From an uncultured delta proteobacterium (GTDB lineage Bacteria; Desulfobacterota; WTBG01; CAIYCZ01; CAIRTM01), in assembly GCA_963718965.1 (NCBI GenBank), contig CAVRBJ010000010.1, forward strand, positions 1,540 to 65,539: 64,000 bases of DNA, given 5' to 3'. The translations under genes and the position numbers were made by a program. Of the stretch, positions 53,879 to 64,000 are shown in pieces (position 1 is the first letter of the stretch; each line of letters begins with the position of its first letter). The notes under the pieces were generated by a model. The model had not been told where the DNA came from and did no database searches. It saw nothing but the letters and a program-made list of their open reading frames with translations.

Positions 53879-55060
53879 TTAGCGCTGGATAATTAATGCA
53901 TGCCCCATGCCGCCTCCTATACAGAGTGAGGCAACACCCAGCTTCGCATCAATGCGTTTCATTTGGTAGAGCATTGTTGTCAGAATCCGGGCACCACTTG
54001 CGCCAATTGGATGGCCGATCGAAATAGCTCCTCCATTATGGTTTACTTTTGCCGGATCAATGCCCAGTTCTTTAATGCAGATAATGGCCTGTGAAGCAAA
54101 TGCTTCATTGAGTTCCCAGTAATCGATATCGCTGACTTTAAGGCCGGCCTTTTCGAGGGCTTTTTTTACCGCTGGAATTGGGCCCATGCCCATAAAAGCA
54201 GGGTCAACACCACCTGATGCATATGAAAGTACTGTGCCCATTACTGTTTTGCCGAGCTCTTTGGCCTTCTCTTCCGACATTACCACAAATGCTGCTGCTC
54301 CATCGTTAATTCCTGAAGCATTGCCAGCTGTAACAGTACCGCCATTTTTCTTGAAGGCGGGGGAAAGCTTTGCAAGTTTTTCAATCGTTGTGCCGAGAGA
54401 GGGATATTCATCGGTATCAAAAATCAGAGGATCTCCTTTTCGCTGCGGTATCGTAACCGGAACAATTTCGTCTCTAAACAGGCCGCCTTTAATTGCTTTT
54501 TCAGCCTTGTTTTCACTTTGCAGTGAGAATTGATCCTGTTCTTCCCGTGAAATATTGTATTTTTCTGCAATGTTTTCGGCTGTCATGCCCATGTGATAGT
54601 CATTTGATTTTTCCCATACACCATCATACACCATGCAGTCGATGAGCTGGGCATTGTTCATGCGTGCGCCCCAGCGCGCAGAGGGTATCGCATAGGGCGT
54701 CGCACTCATATTTTCCTGGCCGCCTGCAATAACAATATCATTGTCGCCGGTCTTTATGCTCTGTGCGGCAAGCGCAACAGATTTGAGGCCGGACGCACAT
54801 ACTTTATTAATGGTGAAAGCAGGTACTTCCTTGGGAATGCCTGCATCCAACAATGCCTGGCGTGCTGGATTCTGGCCCTGGGCGGTTGTCAAAACATGGC
54901 CGAAAATAAGTTCATCAATCTGTTCGGGCTTGATGCCTGCACGTTGAATAACTTCCTTAATAACAATTGAGCCGAGCCTGTATGCCGGTATGTCCTTGAG
55001 AGTGCCGCCAAATTTGCCGACCGGGGTTCTTGCAGCGCTTACGATTACAGCTTTCTTCAT
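53879..55060 (-). CDS. acetyl-CoA C-acetyltransferase (thiolase II)
   Basis: 393 aa. Active-site Cys context [11 protein letters not shown], plus [19 protein letters not shown] and CIGGGMG. Confidence 0.93.
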   Translation of the reverse strand: MKKAVIVSAARTPVGKFGGTLKDIPAYRLGSIVIKEVIQRAGIKPEQIDELIFGHVLTTAQGQNPARQALLDAGIPKEVPAFTINKVCASGLKSVALAAQSIKTGDNDIVIAGGQENMSATPYAIPSARWGARMNNAQLIDCMVYDGVWEKSNDYHMGMTAENIAEKYNISREEQDQFSLQSENKAEKAIKGGLFRDEIVPVTIPQRKGDPLIFDTDEYPSLGTTIEKLAKLSPAFKKNGGTVTAGNASGINDGAAAFVVMSEEKAKELGKTVMGTVLSYASGGVDPAFMGMGPIPAVKKALEKAGLKVSDIDYWELNEAFASQAIICIKELGIDPAKVNHNGGAISIGHPIGASGARILTTMLYQMKRIDAKLGVASLCIGGGMGHALIIQR

Positions 55061-55257
55061 TTCTCAAATCTCCTTAATTAAAATAGTAGGTATTGCAACA
55101 CGAAACATCTTATCGACGGCACTGAAAAAGTCAAGTCAATAGTAGCTGACATGCATGATCCCATAGTGCTCATACTTTATTCTGGATTTTCACTTTTGAT
55201 TATGCAATACATTTATTCACAAAAGTGTTCATATTAAACGTTTTCAAGGAGACCTCT

Positions 55258-55581
55258 ATGAGCGAAGAAATAACCTTTACCGAAGCAAACTTTGAAAATG
55301 AAGTTCTCCAGTCTGCCGTTCCTGTCCTTGTTGATTTCTGGGCTGAATGGTGCGGGCCATGCCGTATGCTTGCTCCGATTATTGATGAACTCGCACATGA
55401 GTTCAGCGGCAAAGCAAAGGTTGGAAAAGTTAATGTTGACCAGAATCAAATGATCGCTGAACGCTATGGCATTCGAAGCATACCCACGCTGATTCTGTTC
55501 AACAATGGCGCTATCGTTGAACAGATTGTCGGTGTTCAGTCGAAGGAAGCGCTAAAAGGAAAGCTGGCACAAGTGCTATGA
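55258..55581 (+). CDS. trxA: thioredoxin
   Basis: 107 aa from MSEEITF, with an AAGGAG ribosome-binding site 7-12 nt upstream. The active site is WAEWCGPCR. Confidence 0.93.
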   Translation: MSEEITFTEANFENEVLQSAVPVLVDFWAEWCGPCRMLAPIIDELAHEFSGKAKVGKVNVDQNQMIAERYGIRSIPTLILFNNGAIVEQIVGVQSKEALKGKLAQVL

Positions 55582-55836
55582 TGGTTATTCAATAAATGTG
55601 CTGCTTGAAAGCAATGTGTTGCTGCAGGCATTTATTTTTTTATTTGCGAGATTCAGGAAAATCACTGAAGCGTCTTCCTTGATTTTCCTGATTTTTTTCG
55701 ACTGCAGCCTGTGCAGTAGTCGTACTGATACAAACATAGTTGATTGACGGCAACAGCCTTTTAAAGCATTTTCAAAAGGCGTGGGTTCAATGCCTGATTG
55801 CTCAACGATAGTTTATCAATTTGAGCACACGATTTT

Positions 55837-57142
55837 ATGCGCTACCAGCAAGCAATTGACTATTTATTCAGCCTTCAGAAGTTTGGCATAAAGCTCGGAC
55901 TTAAAAACATTACAAAACTCCTGTCGCTGCTGGACAATCCGCATACATCGCTCAATTGCATTCACGTTGCAGGAACGAATGGAAAAGGTTCAACCTGCGC
56001 TTTTCTGCAATCTATTTTTAAGCATGCCGGATATCAAACGGGGCTTTACACCTCGCCGCACCTTGTTGATTTCACTGAACGAATCAGAATAAATGATTTT
56101 TGCATCCCCAAAAAGTCGTTGCTGACCTTACCGGTGAAATCAAAAAAATTTGCGAAAACAATGCGCTGCCAAACAATCACATTCTTTGAATTCACTACAG
56201 CCATGGCTTTTTATTATTTCAAACTCCGTCATGCCGACCCGGTAATTATTGAAACAGGCATGGGTGGCACCTATGATGCTACCAACTGTATTATTCCGCA
56301 TGTATCGATCATTACGTCTATAAGTATGGAGCATGAAAAATATCTTGGAAAATGCATCGAGGATATTGCCCGTGAAAAGGCTGGAATCATTAAACCCGGC
56401 ATTCCACTGGTTTTCGCTGTTCGAAGCACTGCTGCAAAAGAAATTTTTAGCAGGCGTTGTGATGATGCAGGCTCACCTGCTGATAATGAAGGGCAGGGAT
56501 TTTAAGATTGTTAAACGTAAACCCGGCATATTCAGTTTTAAAGGGCTTGCCACAAGCCTGCCGGATGTGCGGTGCGGCCTATCGGGAGACCATCAACTGA
56601 GCAATGCGGGGCTTGCAGTAGCTGGTGCGCTGACAATGCGCACACACGGATACAAAGTAGATGATGCTGCGCTGCGAACAGGTATTGAAAATGTTAATTG
56701 GCCCGGCCGCCTTGAACGACTTCGCGTACACCCCACTGTTATAGCCGATGGGGCCCATAATCCGGATGGTTGGAGGACGCTCAAGAAAGCACTTTCAGCC
56801 TATCCCAAGAATAAAAAGCGCATCTTAATCCTTGGCGCCATGGAAGACAAGGCCATTGATAAAATGCTTAAAATCTTGACTCCCGATGCCTATGCAATTA
56901 TAGTGTGCAGGCCGAAAACCAACCGTTCCGCCGGGCGTGAAACACTAGAAAAATTTATTAGCTTTTCTGGCAGGAAAAAGGTATTTTGGTACGATAAATC
57001 AGCAGATGCCTATAATAAAGCTCTTAGCCTTGCTGGAGACAATGATCTTGTATGCATAACCGGATCACTTTTCCTTGTAGGGGAGCTTCGTGAAATAATT
57101 TTGCAATGCACGCCAGGCGCTTCAGGGCGTATAGCCTTGTAA
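55837..57142 (+). pseudogene. folC: bifunctional folylpolyglutamate synthase / dihydrofolate synthase, one frameshift near 56450
   Basis: Fragment 55837..56505 (HVAGTNGKGSTCAF, TSPHLVDFTERI, ETGMGGTYDATN, REKAGIIK) and fragment 56333..57142 (GDHQLSNAGLAVAG, WPGRLE, ADGAHNPDG, ITGSLFLVGE). Confidence 0.9.
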
Positions 57143-57145
57143 TAC

Positions 57146-59381
57146 ATGGGAAATAAAATGAAAAAACTTGCAGCATATTGTAGTGCCACAATTCTTTTAT
57201 GGACTATTTTTGCAAGCGGCGCTTTAGCCGCTACAAAACTCTTCGGCCCGGAAAAGTCTGATAATGATACTCTTCCAATCAATATAAAAGCCGTACAACT
57301 CAGCTATGACAATAAGGGCGAAAACCTGACAGCCAAAGGAAATGTTGAAATCGAGCAGGGCAGCAGGCTGCTGAAAGCTGATTTTGTAAAAATTAATATT
57401 GAAACAAAAGATACGGAAGCCAAAGGCCATGTTGAGCTGAACGAAAACGGCGATATTCTATCCTGCGATGCCTTCAACATTAATCTTGATACCCAGATGG
57501 GGCATGTCGAAAACGCAGTGCTTTTTGTTAAGCAGGATAATTTGCACATTACCGGTAAGGATATTTCAAAGCTCGGCGCTAATACCTATGAGATCAAGCA
57601 GGGCACCATTACGACCTGCGATTCAGAGTCTCCTCCCTGGCGCATTGATGCCAAAAAAATAAATGTCACGATCGACGGCTACGCAACGGTTCAGGGAAGT
57701 GTATTTAGAATAAAGAAAATACCTGTAGCCTATCTGCCTTTTGCTGTTGTTCCTGTTAAAACCACGCGCCAGAGCGGATTTCTGTTTCCTGAAATATCCC
57801 AGTCTTCCCGCAAGGGAGTTGAAGTCAACAACTCTTTTTACTGGGCTATGTCAGAAAATACCGATTCCACCATATGGCTTGATGCTGCGTCAAAAAAAGG
57901 CCTCGGAACCGGCCTTGAGTATCGATTCAAGCTGAAAGAGGACTCCTGGGGAAAAATGTACGGGTATTTCGCTGACGAGACCAGTAATTATTTTGACGAT
58001 GAATACAGCGATCCCCAGGGGCGGAAGCGCCAGCGCGGCTACCTTAATTTTGAGGGGGAACACTATTTTAATCAGGATGCGTATGTCAAGGCCCAGGGTT
58101 CATATATAACTGACCGGGAGTTTTATGACGATTATCGAAGTGAGGTGCGGCGGTCAAAAAACCAAACAGCAGATAAAACAGACATTGGTTCCCAGCCTTA
58201 TGACGAATCGCTGGTTTTTTTCAACAAAAACTGGGAATCCAGCAACCTGCTTGTTAAAACAGAGTACTATAGAAATCTGAACAATTCAGACCGCTCTATT
58301 TCACAACCTTTGCCGCAGGTTGCTTTCTCAACTATGCGGCTGCCGCTTTCCGGCTCGCCGTTTTTTTACCAGTTTGATACGGCATATGATTATTTTTACC
58401 GGCAGGAAGGCGTCAAAGGCAATCGTTTTGATGTCTATCCGAAAATATCCCTGCCGCTCTGTCATGATGGATGGCTGAAGCTTGATACGGCAGTCGGAGT
58501 TCGAGCTGTAGCTTTCAAAGGGATAAAGAACAATGACAGGAATAACGTTGATAGCGGAAGCGGAAGCAGAAGCTCATGGAGTTTCATATCAGGGGATAAA
58601 AAACGAATGACGGGAGCAACGATTCTGTCGTTTTTCCTACGGTTGATTCAAAGCTGTCGGCCGATTTTGTTCGTGTCTTTTCTATTGACGGCAAAATTCT
58701 GCAAAAAATGCGCCATACGATTTCACCGACACTTTTTTATCAATATACCGCCAATGATGACCAGGACGATACTCCGTATTTCGATGTGCCTGAAAACTTC
58801 TACAGGGTTCACCGCGTTGGCTATTATCTCAAAAATCGTATTGCCGGACTCTTCAACACGCCAACAGGGGACTATGAGGAAGACGAACTCGGATATTTTC
58901 TAATAGGGCAATCGTACAATATTATTCATCCCAATGAAGTATTATATACTGAAGGTGACCCTGATAAAAGCTATTCCGATGTTTTCGCAGATCTTCGGGT
59001 AAATCTGACCAGAGCGCTGTATTTCCGCACAAAGGCAGCATATATGCACTCTGAAGACAGGCTCCGCTACTACAAGGCTTTATTGACATGGAGCAACCAG
59101 TTTGATGAGTATTTTGATATCGGCTATGTCTATGAATGGCAGCGTTATCGAAGGGTATCGTGCACGCGGCACGATTCAAACTGCTCACACCGCTTTTTGC
59201 CTTTTTTACTTTACGCTATAATAACAATCGTTCTGATAAGCTTGATTCAGAAGTAGGCATTGATTATTTTTCACAGTGCTGGGGAAGCCAGTTATCAATG
59301 GAAACCCGTGGCGCAAGCAACGGCAGAAAATCCGAGACAATATTTAATTATAAATTCTATCTGAAAGGTCTTGGAAACTAA
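57146..59381 (+). pseudogene. lptD: LPS-assembly outer-membrane protein LptD, at least 2 frameshifts in the C-terminal third
   Basis: Signal peptide, OstA-like N-domain (AKGNVEIEQGSRLLKADFVKIN, ITTCDSESPPWRIDAKKI), then the LptD barrel (PVAYLPFAVVPVKTTRQSGFLFPE). The sequence continues through ORFs 58708..59256 and 59136..59381. Confidence 0.88.
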
Positions 59382-59407
59382 CCCAAAGGGTCCGGGTATT
59401 AACTGGA

Positions 59408-60517
59408 ATGAATGCAAAAGTTTATTTTGCTGATCTGCGAGCCAATTCTGCTCGCAATATGTCGGATAAAATACGCGCTTTGCTGGATCAGGCCGGCATC
59501 GTTTCCGTCGTTCACGAAAATAATCTGATAGCGGTTAAAGTCCATTTCGGGGAAAAAGGCAATACCGCCTTCATCCGTCCAATTTTTATACGGGATATCA
59601 TCAATTCCATTACCTCCCTCGGCGCCAAACCTTTTTTAACAGATACCAATACACTCTATCGGGGAGAACGCAGTGAGGCCGTATCTCATGTGGCCATTGC
59701 ACTCGTTCATGGTTTTAATTTTACCGCAATGGCTGCTCCTGTTATCATTGCCGACGGGCTTCGCGGCACCGATGAAACACGCGTCGCTATACAAGCCAAA
59801 CACTTTAGCGAGGTTCTGATAGGCTCGGCAATAACCAATGCCGATGCCCTGGTCTGTGTCTCGCACTTTAAGGGCCACGAGTTATCCGGTTTTGGCGGTG
59901 CGTTAAAAAATCTCGGCATGGGTTGCGCATCGCGCGAGGGAAAAATGAAACAGCATACCGATATCAGCCCGACCATCGAACGGAAAGAATGCACGGGCTG
60001 TGGTCGTTGCATGGATCAGTGCCCTGTACAGGCTATAGGCTTTGTTAAAAAAAAGGCCGTTATCAATACCTGTACCTGTATCGGCTGCGCCAAATGTATA
60101 ACCGTCTGCCCGCAGGGCGCCGTTAAAATCAGCTGGGATGAAAACAATCATCTTTTTCAGGAAAAAATGGTTGAATATGCTCTGGGGGTTATAAAAAATA
60201 AAAAAAACAAAATGCTTTTTATTAATTTTCTTACTGATATCAGCCCGCAATGCGACTGCTATGGCCATGCTGATCAGAGTATTGTTCCCGATATCGGGAT
60301 TCTTGCATCTACCGACCCCGTCGCGATAGATCAGGCATCAGCAGACCTCGTCAATGCTCAACAGGGCAATATAAATTCAGCTTTAACGAAAAATCACAAG
60401 CCTCATCAGGATAAGTTTCGGGGCATATATCCTTCTGTTGACTGGGAAGTGCAGCTTGATTATGCCGAGCAGCTGCATATTGGAACGAGACGCTATAAAC
60501 TTATACACGTGTCCTGA
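59408..60517 (+). CDS. DUF362-domain protein with an inserted 2x[4Fe-4S] ferredoxin domain
   Basis: 369 aa. DUF362-like N- and C-terminal parts (KVHFGEKGNTAFIRP, LTDTNTLY, HFKGHELSGFGGALKNLGMGC, QCDCYGH) flank CTGCGRCMDQCP and CIGCAKCITVCP. Confidence 0.8.
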   Translation: MNAKVYFADLRANSARNMSDKIRALLDQAGIVSVVHENNLIAVKVHFGEKGNTAFIRPIFIRDIINSITSLGAKPFLTDTNTLYRGERSEAVSHVAIALVHGFNFTAMAAPVIIADGLRGTDETRVAIQAKHFSEVLIGSAITNADALVCVSHFKGHELSGFGGALKNLGMGCASREGKMKQHTDISPTIERKECTGCGRCMDQCPVQAIGFVKKKAVINTCTCIGCAKCITVCPQGAVKISWDENNHLFQEKMVEYALGVIKNKKNKMLFINFLTDISPQCDCYGHADQSIVPDIGILASTDPVAIDQASADLVNAQQGNINSALTKNHKPHQDKFRGIYPSVDWEVQLDYAEQLHIGTRRYKLIHVS

Positions 60518-60550
60518 TTTGCTATCATACACTCTTTATGGATGGTATAC

Positions 60551-61480
60551 ATGAAGACTGAACAGACCGGCAGAGTTCTGGTAATAGACGATAATGCGGT
60601 CATAAAGCGTCTGGCGACCATGCTGCTGTCCAAGAAAGGCCATTCTGTTGAAACTGCTTCCAGCGGCCCAGAAGGTATTGTATGCGCCAAATCATTTCAA
60701 GCCGCATGTAATTCTTCTTGATGTCATGATGCCTGAAATAGACGGCTATGAAGTCTGCCGCTGCTTGAAGGCTGAGGCAGAGACCAAAGATATTCCCATA
60801 ATCATGGTTACCAGCAGGGCAGAAATCGTTGATAAAGTAAAGGGGCTTGAACTCGGCGCCGCAGATTATATGCAAAAACCCTACGATCATGAAGAACTGC
60901 AGGCTCGCGTAGCGACTCAGATAAAAATGAAAACTCTATGGGATGAGCTGCAGGAAAAAAATAAATTACTTGAAGAATTAGTTAAAAAAGACGGCCTTAC
61001 CAATTTATATAATCACCGGTATTTTCATGATCGGATAGTGGAAGAGTTTAGCCGGTCTAAAAGATACGGACTTGCCTTCAGCTGCGTCTCTGATGGATAT
61101 AGATTTTTTCAAAAAAATCAATGATACCTACGGTCATCAGGCAGGTGATGAAATACTGAAAAAACTTGCTGAAATAATTTTAGCCAGCATTCGGGATGTT
61201 GACGTAGCAGCCCGCTACGGAGGGGAGGAGTTCGCCCTTATTTTGCCGCATACAACACTGGAGAATGCATGCTACATACAGCGAGCGGTTGCGGCGCAGT
61301 GTTGATGAAGCCGATTTTCAGTTTGAGGGAAGCAGTATAAAGGTAACCGTGAGCCTTGGCGTTGCCTCTCTTCCTGAAAACAAACCACAAACACATACTG
61401 ATATAATACGTTTTGCCGATGATGCTCTCTACGCCGCAAAAAATGCCGGCAGAAACAGGGTTGAGCTGTACCGCAACTGA
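60551..61480 (+). pseudogene. response regulator receiver plus GGDEF diguanylate cyclase (PleD/WspR-like), 3 frameshifts
   Basis: Receiver: RVLVIDDNAVIKRL, ILLDVMMPEIDGYEV. A coiled-coil linker follows. GGDEF domain: [55 protein letters not shown]. The sequence is spread over four frames/ORFs (60551.., 60648..61124, 61072..61305, 61265..61480). Confidence 0.85.
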
Positions 61481-61513
61481 TGCAGCTGCAGGCTATGCAA
61501 TCATTCTTTCGAT

Positions 61514-63522
<2,009 letters not shown>

Positions 63523-64000
63523 AGAAGTACGCCAGCAAAAAAATATTATTTTACGGAACTAGTTACTATCAAGCAACGAATTAAGCAATACGGAAGGCAT
63601 TAGCACGGACATGCTGCATCAGATACGCGAATTTCCATATGACCAACCCCCAGGCAATACAGTTCATTGCATAAAAAGTATAAAACCATAGTCTTTCCTG
63701 CAGCATGGACAGTTGAGCAGAACAGCAACAGTTTGCCAGCTGTGACTTTTAAAAAGGGCAGGGGTTGAGTTATCACCGGTAACCATATGAACATCAGGGT
63801 TGCGGGTTACGAAAGCTACTGAATACAGGTAACTGCTTGTGGATTATTTTATATAACACAATCATGAAATCTATATAAAAAAAGGGGGCTTCCTGTACCG
63901 CAGTGCTTTACGACGCAATTAACACCGCCCGCAATAAGTATTTAAATCAGAGTCGTGCATGTCGATGAAACTCCAGCAACGAACGAATACATAAAGTCTA

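Noticed and set aside
55582-55650. A possible terminator after trxA (AAATG...CATTT followed by TTTATTTTTTTATTT).
   Set aside because: The pairing is interrupted (5 bp, a mismatch, then 4 bp) around a loop of about 19 nt. The T-run is suggestive, but the stem is too poor to annotate.
63600-63794. A 64-aa minus-strand ORF upstream of ligA, and the roughly 480-bp non-coding-looking end of the window.
   Set aside because: The ORF has no ribosome-binding site and no recognisable motif, and its composition is hydrophobic and Cys-rich, typical of random ORFs. The region is truncated by the window edge, so it cannot be interpreted.

Overview
This is a 64-kb chromosomal window with moderate GC. Its gene content fits an anaerobic Desulfobacterota (deltaproteobacterium-like) genome: a multihaem cytochrome, a NapH-like polyferredoxin, a DUF362 Fe-S protein, a TRAP transporter, and pilMNOPQ plus pilT/pilU. 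I resolve about 56 protein-coding loci and 3 tRNAs (Phe-GAA, Lys-TTT, Pro-CGG). I found no rRNA, CRISPR array, transposase, integrase, phage genes or recognisable defence system.

Nearly everything is housekeeping:
- Lipid and envelope: lnt, plsX, lptD, M23 peptidase, LolB-like lipoprotein.
- Transport: Opp/Dpp-type ABC system, TRAP DctPQM.
- tRNA and sulfur chemistry: mnmA, larE-like.
- Nucleotide, cofactor and central metabolism: purA, folC, nadK, glgC.
- Shikimate pathway: aroC-aroB-aroQ.
- DNA and RNA: recN, ligA, radC, rnc, der.
- Type IV pilus machinery.

The most striking property is that about 23 of these loci are split by frameshifts. They include genes that are normally essential (ligA, der, rnc, plsX, lptD, aroB, aroC, folC). 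The frameshifts occur in patches, with long clean stretches at about 9.2-23.4 kb and 31-34 kb. One site I could resolve lies in a G5/C5 homopolymer. I therefore favour sequencing or assembly error over real gene decay, but I cannot prove it.

The best candidate for something undescribed is a two-gene module inserted in-operon between pilQ and the aro genes. It encodes a CsgG/LpoB/PelC-like lipoprotein and a secreted protein of about 1,030 aa with PQQ-beta-propeller, CarboxypepD_reg and IPT/TIG-like parts. Other points worth a second look:
- An 8-haem cytochrome c fused to HEAT/TPR repeats, bracketed by tRNAs.
- A Cys-rich protein translationally coupled to radC.
- A larE-like / mnmA / polyferredoxin trio.
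- A CheY-like receiver translationally coupled to glgC.

I see no strong evidence for a novel defence or mobile system in this window.
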